Source: Eukaryota sp. TZLM1-RC
Taxonomy: Eukaryota > Protista > Metamonada: BaSk clade
Direction of reading: 5' to 3'
DNA: 64,000 nt
Assembly (NCBI GenBank): GCA_040285825.1
Contig: JAUPSS010000004.1
Coordinates: forward strand, 4,865,784 to 4,929,783
Shown here piece after piece: positions 34,129 to 46,157 of the stretch (the stretch's first letter is position 1; the number at the start of each line of letters is the position of its first letter). The notes beneath the pieces are model-generated. The model searched no databases and had not been told where the DNA came from. It was given only the letters and a program-made list of their open reading frames with translations. The position numbers and the translations under genes were made by a program.

Positions 34129-34868
34129 GAGTATTTCATGAATTCTGGAAAAACAGTCTATCACAGACCTACGATGTAGAACGTTAAAGTGAACAATATA
34201 ATAAGACTTTAAATATACCAGACATAACAATTGAACAGATGAAACTTTGGAATTGGAAAAGATAAATGTCAAATTCACCTGACACGACATTTGACAAGAA
34301 CACTATGACAAGTCTCACAGGTTTCTCCTTAGTATCTACAAAAACAGAAGAAGATAGGGAGTGGTGACGATTGACAGGGTAAGGATTACTACAAACCTGT
34401 AACGAAGCCAAAAACACTGTAACCGTCTTCCAACCTTCTCATCCTAACCTTCTTGTTATACACTGTAACCATATGTAGTCTGAACGACTGCCTAAGAAAT
34501 TATGTCTTGTAATTGCCGTCACAGTCTTCCAACAGCCTATTTAATGAGCACATGACAAATGATGGAATTGATATGTGAAACACAACGGAGACCAAATGAT
34601 GCTAAAACAAGGTTTCTTAGGGTAGTATGAACTCGTCCCCATTGTGGATCGACACTGGTTACAAATTGGAGGTCGCACATTCAACCAACATGTCATCATC
34701 TTGACTCAGACATGTGGATCAGGACTTGAGCAAAGACTCATGTTAAAATCAACAATGGTACAAAATTGTGTGTATTTCCAAAAACAAATAAAGCTAAAAT
34801 AAAAAGAGAATCAAAACGAATAAAGATAAAAAGACAATTATGAAAATAAAAATAATGGTTGAAAAATC

Positions 34869-36997
34869 CTACTTTTTTGGTTTGGAAGAAATCTGTTCCA
34901 AAAACTTTGTTTCAAACAATTTCATGTCTTCTTGCACATCTGGAGCTGACGCAGGTGGTTGCCTAGGTCGACGTCTATTGTGATCAACTGCATCACCTGG
35001 CAATACTGTGTGGAGTGTACTATGGTGAGAAGACTGTGAACCAAAGCTTTCTGGTGACTTACAGCTTCTAGGAGCTTTTAAGAAATTGTTGTCTGAAATA
35101 GACCTTAATGGAGCACTTCTGGAACTTACACCTTGATCCACTGATCTTCTTGAAGGTGTAGGGGATACAGATTTGATATTATCAGGACTACGTGAATTAA
35201 CTCGAGGATGTCGTTCGTGAGACTCCCGAAGCTTTGCATAGGCTAGTAAATGCTGTTGTCGCATTTTTTCCATTTCTTCTTTCTGTTTTCTAATTAAATC
35301 AGTAATATCAGCTTCTACAATTGAAACCAGCTCTTCATCAGTTGAGTAACTTTTCAAAACATCGTCACATGCACTCTTCACATCTTCCTTCCTAGAAATT
35401 CTCTTCTGTAGATCTTCATACTCTGACGCAAAACGAGTAAGCCGTTGTTGATCTATATCAGGATGAGAAGACAAACGGGAAGGGATGGGGGCTGAAATCT
35501 CCTTGGTTGAGCACATATTTCCAGAGTCACCATTCTTTTTAGCAGACTTCTCTTCTGGCATTGAGGGTTGAATGCTAGTCGACACATGTTCTGGGCTAGA
35601 CGCTCCTGGAGTCGGAGGATCGGGTGTAAAAGGGCGTTGAGAGAGGGGACTAAGGGGTTGTTGCCCTTCCAAGAGTCTGTTCTGGGCCACACATTCTTTA
35701 ATATCGCAAAGAATTTTCTGTTTCTTACCCTCTGAAAGGGAAAACTCATTTGCCATTTCCTGTGCAACAAGCTCGGCATCTTCTCTATTGACATCAAAGG
35801 GAAATTCTAAATCATGCATTGAACCATCCTCAAGTTCCAGTTTAAGATTCATATACACTATACCATTAGGAGAAATACGCTGAATTACTACAGAATTCTT
35901 AGAGGTACCCCGAGCAGCAGGGGAGGCCTCACCTAGATTAGCTTCGACCTGGTCATAAATATTTCTCCGCTGACTTTCAGCTTCAATTTCGCAAAATGAA
36001 TCAAAACCGTGATCATCAAAGAAAGGTAAAGTTAACAGAGTCTTGGCAGAAGGACGGTACTGTTTGGGTAAAAGACAAAGTTCGATCAAGCATTTTAGTT
36101 CAATATCTTGTACTTGGGCGAGACTGGCAGGACGAGCTCCAGAAATAATCTTATTATAGATTTGTGCAGGATTGTAACATTCGCCCTGGTAGGGGTACTT
36201 CTGAGTGGCCATCTCCAGTACACACATACCAAAAGACCAGATATCAATAAGTTCATTATAAGACTCATCAAAGCATTCAGGGGCCATCCACTCTGGACTA
36301 CCAACCACCGATTTGGCAGTTTTTTCACTAAGAATGGCACATAAGCTGAGGTGAAATAGAGCAGAATGGAGAACAAACCCGAGATCGCCAATCTTAACTT
36401 GACCATGATTTCCATTGACAAAAACATTCTAGAGTGAGTAGGGAAGGGATTCATACTTCTAACTTGAGGTCTCGGTGGATTATCTTTGGAAGGCGAGTGT
36501 GGAGATAGTGAAGACCATCCAGAATTTGGCGACACCAATTCTTGATAGCAGAGGGGTGAAGGGTCGTGGCCACCTTCATTAGATAGTTCTTCAAAGTTCC
36601 AGAAGTCATTAACTCAGTGATAAAGACAAGGTTCTGCTTATCGTCCAACCAATGATCATAATACTTCAGTTAAAAGCTGTGTGGGACAAACCTCAATGAT
36701 GTTGCCATGTTTGAGACTCTTTAACACATCAACTTCGACCATTAGGCGATCTTTTTCGCGCTGTGGAAGATGGGCCACCTTTACAGTGTTCCATGCGACT
36801 TCTACGACTCGGTGGACATCAATGGCCTTGTATACACTCTTGTAACTGCCAGTACCGAGCTGTTCAAAGTGCTTTAATCAATAAGAGAGAAAGTAACGAA
36901 CTGTTATGTAACGTCCAGTAGGAGACTGCCCTGTAGGTTGACCAGGGGCTGACGAAGAGAATGACGTAACTGGAAATTGTGACGGATTATCCGTCAT
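34869..36997 (-). CDS. WNK: WNK-family Ser/Thr kinase with 4 tiny introns (36872-36901, 36664-36691, 36429-36456, 36346-36378)
   Basis: The spliced product reads SPTGRYIT|HFEQLGTGSYKSVYKAID..EVAWN..FITELMTSGTL..HRDLKLE|NVFVNGNHGQVKIGDLG|LCA..GSPEWMAPE. The Lys lies in subdomain I as in WNKs; a LEFPFDVNREDAELVAQEM CCT-like domain follows. Confidence 0.9.
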
Positions 36998-37704
36998 TAT
37001 AATCGGACAGACTCAAGAGAGAGAAGACACAGGACAAAGATAAGGCACCGAGAATGTTAGAGAAGAAGACCGTCTTGCTTCTTGATGTGCAGGAATTCTC
37101 TCTTGGGAAATGTATGTGGTGAGGCCCTTTTTTCTTACCTATTTGTCCCTTTTTTGATGACCTTATTCTAGAATTGTGAGAACCTATGTCGTCTATAGAT
37201 ACTTCTTACAGTACTCGTCATTTTTCAGGTGTCTTTTAATGCGTGGGTTTGCCCTTAATAAACAACACTAAATAACCTGCTGTGGATGAGTTTCTTATCA
37301 TTTTCTGTTTAAATAGTTGTAACTTTCCCACATACCTTTTACAAAGGTATTGTCAATGAAAAAGATGGAATTGAATCATTGGCTAAGCTTTCAATAATGG
37401 AATTAAGACATACACTTTTCCTCAAACATACATTGAACTTCCAACTTTCTCATTTTGAAATTCCAGAACATTGTAAACACAACATTACAAGACCTCTATT
37501 ACAAAACACCTCAATCATTGAGTTGACATTGCAATAATGAAAACACTGTAGAATGAATGTTTAAAATATTGTAATCAAGAGATGTACTTTCAAGTGATCA
37601 CTTTTTCCTTGAAGATAATGAACAACCACAGGAAACAGTTCTGCAGTACAAATCACACCAAAGAAACCCTTTTAAAATACACCATTTATTTTACAAAAAC
37701 AAAA

Positions 37705-40380
37705 TTACAAATTATCATTTAATCGATCCACAAAGTCATCAACAAATGACACTTGATTAGGGTGAAACATTGACGTAGATCCATCAATTGACATCCAAAC
37801 ATGACCATTAAAGAACCAGCCTTCAGGCGCCTTAATATGCTTGGTTTTAGCTTGAATAGACCTAATTTGATCTCTAGAAAGACTGTCTCTGGTGACTATA
37901 GGTTTTTTAGTATTCTTTTGATCAAGATATTCACGGAATAAGGAAACTATATCAGAACTACAAAGACCATATCCAATCAAAGTGATTGAATCTTGACGTT
38001 TTTGACCTATCCATGTCGATAAACAGTCATCCATAAAAGATAGCTCTTCTGCGGCAGTCATTGAAAACTTTCCCTTTTCATACTTTATGTGAAGATAATT
38101 CGACTTCGAATTGAACTTGATCATTCCTGAAATAAACAAAACCTTGCGCAGTGGAAGATTATTGATAAGATTATCCATCAATAGAGTGAAATCAGATTTT
38201 TTAATAGAATAAAAGTCCGTATTTAATGAAACAATATTGAGCTTTTGATAAGGTTCAACGAAAATTTGGTCAGAATTTTCAAAATTTGGGGGTATATGAA
38301 TGGTACAGTTTGAAAATTTACCCGAAATATTGGGCATGTCATCAAAAGTTGACACCAATGCTCTTGGATTAAATGATTTAATCAATCCAAAATTTGCTTC
38401 ACTAGTGACAACCAAGGTCGCAAACCTGGCAGAATTTAATAGAAATGAATCATAAATTAATGAATTATTAGGCAGGTAAAAAGAAGGCGAAACAACAACC
38501 AAGTTTTTAATAATAAAATGTAGTGAAGTTTGTTTGATCTTTTGAATGACTGAAATAATATTTGAATTTAAAGGTAGAATTAAATAAGGATTTAAGTATT
38601 CCCTTAATATAGTGGAAAAATCAAAAGATTCAGTGACAAAAAAAGGATTTAAAGAACTAATTGAAGAAAAAAACGAAAAATCAGCTTCAATCGACATGAC
38701 AATCAAAGTGATTGATTGAGTGATTGATTGTGATGAGGGGTTAGAATCAGTTGCAGTTGAAGAGAAATCAGTAGAATTTGATTGAACAATTTGATCGGAA
38801 ACTGATTGTAATTGATTGTCTGGACTATAAGTAAAAAACTCATCATCTAAGCGAAATGCAACCTTGTCACTCAGTAACGATCGAACAATCTTATATGATT
38901 GAATAGGCCATTTGATTGATCTGAATAGGTCAAAAACTAGACCAGATTTCAAAGTTATTCTGAGCTTGATTTCGGAGCTAACAGACGACATTGTGATCTC
39001 AGCAACATCATCAAAGGTCAAAAACTGATTAAATGGTTCAAAAAAAGGGGTTGTAACGTGATTGATTGGATTGGTCAAAATAAGTCCTGTTTCATAGATC
39101 AAAAACCTGCAATTACGAACTGATGAATACACATTCTTTAGATTTAATCTACAATTTAAATCAGAAAAAGAATGAATAAATTTTGAATAAAAATCATTAA
39201 ATTGAAAATTATTCTTAACCAGACTAATTCTACTTGCACAAATTTCAGTTTTAAAATTTAAAAACCTCGAATATTTGGAAGTCAGACAACCTTTATAAAT
39301 ATCAGAATTTAATTTGAATAAATAATATGAATCTCCAAATTTAAAAGTAGAATCATTTTGATTTTTTAAGACAACCTCAATGTAATAGAGTTGACCATTC
39401 AAAAAATGATTAACATTGATTTTTGATTGCCTGACCTCAACATTGACAGTGAAAGTACTTAAAAAAGTAGACTTTAACAGTGAATTTAATGTACGTTCTT
39501 GAATTAACCTGTTTAAATCATTACAGTCGACATCACGTGATGATAGGGTGAAAAACACGTCATCGAGTTCAGAAAAGCAAAGACTTTGGAGGTGGAATTG
39601 GTCAGAATTAATGTTAAAAGTCCTCACAAATTTGATTGGATGAAAAGGATCAGCAACCTCAATCAAAATACAATCATCGACTTGATTGATTACAGGCTCT
39701 AAAGTTTTACAATCAAAGTGATTGATTGGTGACTTTCTGATAGTCGCGTGATCAAAAGAGATCATCAATGGATCACTCAAAATTTGACAGAGCTCTTGTC
39801 TTGGAAACTTTTTGGTTTTAAAAATCTTGGAATTTATGAATAATAATGAATCATTAAGTAAATTTAAATACTTAGTAACCAAATTATTCATCAAATAATT
39901 AATAAAAACTGGTTCAATAATGTTTACTAAATCAACAACATTCTCAGGAAGTTTGACAACATTAATAATTCTACCTAGTTTCTCAGATAGAATACCTATA
40001 AAGCCAGGAGTTGAACCAGAAAGTGTATAAATAGAGGGAAAAGGAAGAATGAAATCATAAAGATGGCTAGCTGAAAGACTTTCTACAGGATAGAGTTCAA
40101 CGAAGGGACATGATGCGCAAAGGGGTCTGAATGAGGAAAGTTGGGAAAATGGGGCAGTGATGATAATGCCAGATGAATGAAACAAAAGAAGGATGTCATC
40201 AAAGTGAATGGTGAGAGAGGTTTTGGTAGGGTCATGAAGTAGCCAGAGCATGAATTGATGGGTTAAATCCGGATGAGAATCCTCATAAAATGGTGTAAGA
40301 ATGAAACACTCTCCTGGAGAGAGGAATGAAAGTGATTCCAGCAGTAGAGAGAGCCGTGACGCTGATGATGCTGCAGCCAT
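37705..40380 (-). CDS. DNAAF9: DNAAF9/Shulin (C20orf194)-like dynein assembly factor
   Basis: 891 aa; C-terminal PEGWFFNGHVWMSIDG...HP..FVDDF motif recalled from the C20orf194 family. Confidence 0.6.
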   Translation of the reverse strand: MAAASSASRLSLLLESLSFLSPGECFILTPFYEDSHPDLTHQFMLWLLHDPTKTSLTIHFDDILLLFHSSGIIITAPFSQLSSFRPLCASCPFVELYPVESLSASHLYDFILPFPSIYTLSGSTPGFIGILSEKLGRIINVVKLPENVVDLVNIIEPVFINYLMNNLVTKYLNLLNDSLLFINSKIFKTKKFPRQELCQILSDPLMISFDHATIRKSPINHFDCKTLEPVINQVDDCILIEVADPFHPIKFVRTFNINSDQFHLQSLCFSELDDVFFTLSSRDVDCNDLNRLIQERTLNSLLKSTFLSTFTVNVEVRQSKINVNHFLNGQLYYIEVVLKNQNDSTFKFGDSYYLFKLNSDIYKGCLTSKYSRFLNFKTEICASRISLVKNNFQFNDFYSKFIHSFSDLNCRLNLKNVYSSVRNCRFLIYETGLILTNPINHVTTPFFEPFNQFLTFDDVAEITMSSVSSEIKLRITLKSGLVFDLFRSIKWPIQSYKIVRSLLSDKVAFRLDDEFFTYSPDNQLQSVSDQIVQSNSTDFSSTATDSNPSSQSITQSITLIVMSIEADFSFFSSISSLNPFFVTESFDFSTILREYLNPYLILPLNSNIISVIQKIKQTSLHFIIKNLVVVSPSFYLPNNSLIYDSFLLNSARFATLVVTSEANFGLIKSFNPRALVSTFDDMPNISGKFSNCTIHIPPNFENSDQIFVEPYQKLNIVSLNTDFYSIKKSDFTLLMDNLINNLPLRKVLFISGMIKFNSKSNYLHIKYEKGKFSMTAAEELSFMDDCLSTWIGQKRQDSITLIGYGLCSSDIVSLFREYLDQKNTKKPIVTRDSLSRDQIRSIQAKTKHIKAPEGWFFNGHVWMSIDGSTSMFHPNQVSFVDDFVDRLNDNL

Positions 40381-40446
40381 AGTAAATGATGGTAATTATT
40401 CACATTAGATCTCCCCTTGAGACCCAACTATTACAACTTACCTCCA

Positions 40447-41385
40447 ATGGCCTCACAAAACCCACAATACACAATGGAGGCTCTTCAACCTTTTGAACCT
40501 TGTACACACTCAGACACAGATGATTCTGATGATGCTTATGTCATTGAGACAGCTGACCAACTTCACACAAATGTTGCTATCTCCGCAGCAGGCATGGACC
40601 CTGACCTAAACGACCCCAATGCTATTCGCCAGCGCCAGTCTGACATTGAAAACCTTCGAAGATATTATAAATCTCAGTTCCGTGTACTTAAAACCCTTCT
40701 CAGAAACCGCTCAGCCCATTATAATCAAATACGGTCAAATCACAGGCTCATATTCCGAAAGAAACGTCATGAACTCGCCTCTTACGATAGTGTGGATCTA
40801 CCCCCTCAACGGCCCGGTCAAAAGCAAAAGAAACATCCTTATACTCCCGTACAAAAGAAGGAAAAGAAGGAAGAACCAAAAGCAATAGACTCTTCTTTAA
40901 TTGATGCCCCGGAACCTTCCCGTAACACATGTGCTTACGTGTCAATCGAGAAACAGGAAGACCAGTCAACAGAAGTCAAGTGTAGTAATATGTCTATGCC
41001 ATTTTCTAATTATTGCTACCCTCACATTCTATCAGATAAGGATCAACAACTCTACGTTGATTGCTCTGTTGAAGGTTGTATCGCTCCTATTCTGAAAGGT
41101 CAAGTTCCCCCTCTTTGTCCTGTACATTACATCCAAGCTGGGGGAAGGCTGGCTTCGTCAGATCCGGTCTTGGCGAAAGCCGCAGATGTGATTAAGCAAA
41201 AGGATAGTGGAAGACAGCTCAGTCAAGGTGAAAAGGATTCTCTACCAATTGGGGATGAGCATACTTATAGGGAAAAGGTGAGGTTTATAAAAGACACCAT
41301 TGGAGAGCTTTTGGTGAGGAGGCAAAAGTACAGGAAGAGCGCTGCTACGAGGTCTCAGAGGAGGAGGGCAAGAGAGGAAAAGTAG
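40447..41385 (+). CDS. zf-C3Hc3H protein, KANSL2/INO80D-like
   Basis: C...CSNMSMPFSNYCYPHILSDKDQQLYVDC..C..P...LCPVH domain and LRRYYKSQFRVLK helix. Confidence 0.7.
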   Translation: MASQNPQYTMEALQPFEPCTHSDTDDSDDAYVIETADQLHTNVAISAAGMDPDLNDPNAIRQRQSDIENLRRYYKSQFRVLKTLLRNRSAHYNQIRSNHRLIFRKKRHELASYDSVDLPPQRPGQKQKKHPYTPVQKKEKKEEPKAIDSSLIDAPEPSRNTCAYVSIEKQEDQSTEVKCSNMSMPFSNYCYPHILSDKDQQLYVDCSVEGCIAPILKGQVPPLCPVHYIQAGGRLASSDPVLAKAADVIKQKDSGRQLSQGEKDSLPIGDEHTYREKVRFIKDTIGELLVRRQKYRKSAATRSQRRRAREEK

Positions 41386-41615
41386 GATCAGTGTGAAATT
41401 TTGGAAGTGTCAGTGTTTTGTGGCGTTATTTAGATTCAATTAATATAATTGATTTTTTTATTTTGACATTCATTTTAGCTTGGGGTTAATAAATATGACA
41501 TTTGAATTGCAACACTTTTTGTTATTTTGATACTTCAAACAATATATAAATCATCAAATTTCTAACCCAACCTAAAAAACCAATCCAAAAACATTTATTA
41601 CAACCAAACCATTAC

Positions 41616-44600
41616 CTAAATCTCGGCCACTATGCCTAACAGTGCAGCAAATTCAGCCCTCCACTTCAAAGTAACATCTTCCAATGAAATAACAGATTTC
41701 GCTGCATTATCCCGAAGTTTTGAATACCATTCTCCATTACTAAACACATCTCTTGCCCTTTGAATTGCATAGCAGAGATCACCAACCTGATATCCCTTGA
41801 AAGTGAAACCATTTCCTTCCCTTGTTGCCTCTATTCTTGGATTAAACTCATGTACAGTATCTTTAAGGCCACCGGTTTCAAAAGCAACTACAGGAGTTCC
41901 ACATAAAAAGAACTCTTGTTGCACTATACCACCTGGTTCAAATAGGGAAGGCATCAATCCTAAATCACACCCAAGGTTCAGTAATTGCCCATCTCCAAAG
42001 AAAGAACTTGGTTCGGCCCAAAATCCTAGAGGATAAGCTTCTCGAAGTTTGAAACATTCGCTAGCACAGTAGGCACCATAAGGATCACCTGAAGAAGCCA
42101 TGCCACCAACAATGAACTGCACAGGAACGTTGTTTGCTAGCAAATCCCAAGCAGCTTCCACAATTAAATGAACCCCTTTTTGAGCGGTAAACCGACCTAC
42201 AAAACCAAGAACCATTTTCGATGGGTCGTAATGTTTAAAATACTTTTCTTGAAGCTTCTTCTTTGCTTCTTCATGAGTCAAATCACCTATTTTTGATGTT
42301 ATTTGGGCTCTGCGAGTCTCCACATCTACCCCATTGTTAATACCTACAGGGTTTTTGAATCTAGATAAAGCATGAGTCCACATTCCGTCGTGCTTCATGT
42401 CCACCAAATAAGTCTTGGAAACTGTGCCGAAATTGTGGCAAAAATTGAAGGCAGCTCTTGACAATGAAACCTTGTTGGAAGGGCCATAAGGGTCAACAAA
42501 GGCATCAAACGGAAGGTGATTGGACAAATTGGAAACTAACGAGCCATCAGAAATATACATAAACCCTTCATAACCAGCTGAAATATTATGAACTAAATGG
42601 AAAATTTTAATTTTGGTACCAGCATTGAACTTTAACTTTACTGAATCATACCTATAAAAGGCTGCCAAGGGCGCAGGCATCCAATCATTTGTCACAATAC
42701 AAATAGACCTTTGTAAATACGGTACTAAATCACTTGGGAATAAATGTGTTTGAGTCAGTAATTCAAGAGACCCTTTGGAGAGGGCACAACATGCCTTGAA
42801 TTTATGAATATCATTCTCAAATTCATATGGATAATTGAATAAAGACTGATTATGAAGGAAATAATAATACACACCGTCAATAACTCCATAATGAACACCA
42901 AAGGTAACATCAGTGTCCAGTTTAAAGGTGAAATTGTTTTTATATCGAATCCCATCTTTTTTGAGATAATCGGTTTCAAAATACTTATTGTAGTGGTAAT
43001 AGGGTGAGATAACAACAACTTTTTCTCCTTGTTTGGCAAACTTTCTGCTCAGTTCAAACACCATGACACCTAAACCACCAATAGTTGACCACTTTCCTAG
43101 TTCGGCAGCTACAAAGACAATCAGTCCAGGTTGATTGAACATCAGAATTCCCTGTGCTACTTTAACTGCTCCCATGTGGTAGGGATCAGACTTGTCAATC
43201 GGCTGTTCGGTGACGTCATCAACTGCCTTTTTGAGCTTCTTGATTGATTGAGAGCTCCAATAAATATCCTGATTAGCCTTTGAAACAATCAATTGATGGC
43301 AGACTTTGGTAAACTTTGTAAATTGTTCTTTTGGCAAATAAGTCAGTAAATATCGTATTCTATTAATTAAACTTGAATGAACAGAAGAACTTGAAAGACC
43401 TTCAATCAATTGATGAGCAATCACATTCTGATCAAAATCTTGATTGGATTCAATCATTTTTGATAGTCTTGATAATGAATCAGAAAATGCTTGACAATGT
43501 CTAGCACGATTCTCCTTGACTATTTTGAGGTTCAGCAACATTGAATGTCCTGGTTGAAGAATATGCCAGGTTTTACAAAAGCAAAATTCCTTAATTTCCC
43601 AGAATTCAAAAGACTTTGAGTGGGTTTTTGATTGATTAAATGGTGAAATTTCAATCAAACAACCTTCAGGAAGATCATAAATCCTCTCTAGATGTTCAAT
43701 AATGGACTTGGTATCGAGATAGAAATAGACTTCACCGGAATCATTAAGGGAAACTGCTACAATCAGACAGTTACAAACAACGTCATCAAGGTGTTCTTGA
43801 CCCTCAATCAATCTAATCCAAGAGGCAACCCTTTTGTGAACGTCATATGAGTGCATTGATTTGATGGGAATCATCGTCCCAGTCGACAGTTCAAAACAAG
43901 TGTCCCTCCAAGACATTCGTTCCTTTAATCGTTCTCGAAGCCTATAGAGACAGTCGGCAAAGAGAGTGTCTATGCAAGGGTAATTGTTTCTTGTTAGAGT
44001 AACCAAATCAACAAGAGACATTTGGTTGGAAAGTGATAGCGTAGAACCTACAATTGAAGCGGAAATTTTGACGAATTGAATGGAAGTAGTTGTCAATGAT
44101 GTGAGAAGATCAAAAGAGCTCACTTGGGAGTGGAGCAGATCAACAAATTTTGCAGAAATATCACTTGAGATTGGTGTTATTCCAGAAGCAATCACTGCCG
44201 AAGAAAAGGCTGAATCATCAGTGTCGATTGTAATCAAAGATGATTGATTGCGTGACCAAACAGTTCGAATCATTTTTAAAACGATAGGATTAGGCCAAGT
44301 TTGTCCATTATGAGTACACAGAGACCAGATGTTTCGCAATATTTGGGGATTGGGATCAAGGATCATTCCACCAAATTTTGAGAGTGTCAGAGGTGTTGGT
44401 CCAGTAAGTTTGACAAGAAGAGGCCATTCAGAAGCTTTTGGTAACGTCACCGAGTCGAGATCACTACACAGTTCACCAAGAATTTCAGTTAAAGAGTCCC
44501 AAGTGTCAATTGATCTATAATTTGGCAGAAGTCTCTGCTTTAAAAGGAACGGGATTGGAGAAATTAAAGGGATTGGTCCAAGTTCTTGTTCAATCACTAA

Positions 44601-46157
44601 TGATGGAGTCAACGGTGTTCCTGACACACTCAAAGACCTTCCTCTTACGGCAGGTGAAGTAGAGGAAAAGGAAGTGAAAGCTTCAAAATCTGTGTTTTTT
44701 GGGAAAGTTTTGACTAAATGATTCTCTAATCTTGAATCTACAAAACCATGCCGTGGTTCAAAATGGTTTGAAATATTTGGAATGATGGTAATATCATTGG
44801 ACTCTGCAGCTTTGGCAAATGATTTACAATTATTTTCCAACTGCCAATTTGAATTTAATTCAATTAAACCATCCACAAATAGAGTTGAGGCTCCTTTTTG
44901 TTTAAGGGATTGCAACGCAGATTGAAGATTAGCCAAATCTTTTGAGTTTTTCAGGGTAGCAAAAGCCGAAACAGAAACATTAGCATCAGGAAAAGCGACA
45001 ACTCTGCCTCTGAAAGAATGACTTGAATTGTTAGGAACCCTGAGTAATTCCCCATCAGAACCAAAGGAAAGATAGCAATAATCATAAGTACCAGGATAAG
45101 TTAAGGGAACCGTGCAGTAATGAGAGTAGAGAGAACGGGGGAAGAGGCGAACTGTAGTACCACCCTTTCCATCAGGTATAGAGAGGAGGATACAAAACCT
45201 AGTTTCAGGGAGAGCATTCTTAGAGGGAGGAACAGGAAGGGAAAATGTAGCCCCAACAGTCATTGGGGTAACTGGAAGAGGCTCAATGAGTTGGAGAGCA
45301 TTACCATCATAGAGACAGTTGAGGAGACGAAGGGAATCATGAGCAGCTTGGAAGTCAGTGAAACCAAGGCATGAAACAAGGATGGATTCAATAGTGGAAA
45401 AAAGTTTAGATCGAGGAGAAATGATGGGGAGAAAGGTCATTATGTCCTTTTGAATCTGAGCTACAAGGGACCGGGCTATAGAACTGTCCTGTACTTTGGG
45501 AAGTCGATCACGGTAGCGGTTGAAGTGGTGATTGAGATTGGCAGCAGTCCATCGGTTGACTTTGTTGGTAAGCGATTTGACACACTCAGCTGGATTCTTG
45601 GGAACTAGTGCAGACGGATAAGTTTCTCTAGGAGCAAACTCTTCCATTGAAAATTTTTCGGCAGTGGTGAGGAATGCATGTGAAATAAGTGAATTCAGAA
45701 ACGGACGAATGTAGGCAGCAGAAGTAAAACAACACAGAAAATACAAATGGGAGATGGGAACTGCAAAACCAGGTTCACTCGGTACTTCAGATGACGAACT
45801 AAACACAAGGGGTGGTACACTTTCCTTGGAGAACAACGTTTCGGCATCAGGGAAGATTTCAGCAAGACTGGCATGAACTAAAGTAATAATATTGGTAGGA
45901 GTTGGCTCAAGAAATCCAACAGCCTGGACATCCATAAACTCAGTCAGCAGTTCACGAAACTCAACAGCTTTAGATGCGAACGTCGAGGATGTATTGGCAA
46001 TGACTTCTGCATCAGCAACATGTTCAAGGACTGACATAGTTTCTTCATGTGTCCGCGATCTGAGTAATGCAAGGACATTACGGTCGATCTGAACAGAAAC
46101 GCCAGTACAGGAACCAGATTCCCGATCCATAGAGGTAGGATCTGTCATTTCAAGCAT
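41616..46157 (-). CDS. Large GT5 glycogen/starch synthase with ~1000-aa N-terminal extension
   Basis: AAELGKWSTIGGLG, TNDW, GFVGRFTAQKG, MPSLFEPGGIVQQE, TGGLKDTV. Confidence 0.85.
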   Translation of the reverse strand: MLEMTDPTSMDRESGSCTGVSVQIDRNVLALLRSRTHEETMSVLEHVADAEVIANTSSTFASKAVEFRELLTEFMDVQAVGFLEPTPTNIITLVHASLAEIFPDAETLFSKESVPPLVFSSSSEVPSEPGFAVPISHLYFLCCFTSAAYIRPFLNSLISHAFLTTAEKFSMEEFAPRETYPSALVPKNPAECVKSLTNKVNRWTAANLNHHFNRYRDRLPKVQDSSIARSLVAQIQKDIMTFLPIISPRSKLFSTIESILVSCLGFTDFQAAHDSLRLLNCLYDGNALQLIEPLPVTPMTVGATFSLPVPPSKNALPETRFCILLSIPDGKGGTTVRLFPRSLYSHYCTVPLTYPGTYDYCYLSFGSDGELLRVPNNSSHSFRGRVVAFPDANVSVSAFATLKNSKDLANLQSALQSLKQKGASTLFVDGLIELNSNWQLENNCKSFAKAAESNDITIIPNISNHFEPRHGFVDSRLENHLVKTFPKNTDFEAFTSFSSTSPAVRGRSLSVSGTPLTPSLVIEQELGPIPLISPIPFLLKQRLLPNYRSIDTWDSLTEILGELCSDLDSVTLPKASEWPLLVKLTGPTPLTLSKFGGMILDPNPQILRNIWSLCTHNGQTWPNPIVLKMIRTVWSRNQSSLITIDTDDSAFSSAVIASGITPISSDISAKFVDLLHSQVSSFDLLTSLTTTSIQFVKISASIVGSTLSLSNQMSLVDLVTLTRNNYPCIDTLFADCLYRLRERLKERMSWRDTCFELSTGTMIPIKSMHSYDVHKRVASWIRLIEGQEHLDDVVCNCLIVAVSLNDSGEVYFYLDTKSIIEHLERIYDLPEGCLIEISPFNQSKTHSKSFEFWEIKEFCFCKTWHILQPGHSMLLNLKIVKENRARHCQAFSDSLSRLSKMIESNQDFDQNVIAHQLIEGLSSSSVHSSLINRIRYLLTYLPKEQFTKFTKVCHQLIVSKANQDIYWSSQSIKKLKKAVDDVTEQPIDKSDPYHMGAVKVAQGILMFNQPGLIVFVAAELGKWSTIGGLGVMVFELSRKFAKQGEKVVVISPYYHYNKYFETDYLKKDGIRYKNNFTFKLDTDVTFGVHYGVIDGVYYYFLHNQSLFNYPYEFENDIHKFKACCALSKGSLELLTQTHLFPSDLVPYLQRSICIVTNDWMPAPLAAFYRYDSVKLKFNAGTKIKIFHLVHNISAGYEGFMYISDGSLVSNLSNHLPFDAFVDPYGPSNKVSLSRAAFNFCHNFGTVSKTYLVDMKHDGMWTHALSRFKNPVGINNGVDVETRRAQITSKIGDLTHEEAKKKLQEKYFKHYDPSKMVLGFVGRFTAQKGVHLIVEAAWDLLANNVPVQFIVGGMASSGDPYGAYCASECFKLREAYPLGFWAEPSSFFGDGQLLNLGCDLGLMPSLFEPGGIVQQEFFLCGTPVVAFETGGLKDTVHEFNPRIEATREGNGFTFKGYQVGDLCYAIQRARDVFSNGEWYSKLRDNAAKSVISLEDVTLKWRAEFAALLGIVAEI

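Noticed and set aside
34130-34750. Tyrosine-recombinase or zinc-finger gene relic
   Set aside because: Coding-like fragments (PHCGSTLVTNWRSHI) exist, but no motif set could be assembled with confidence.
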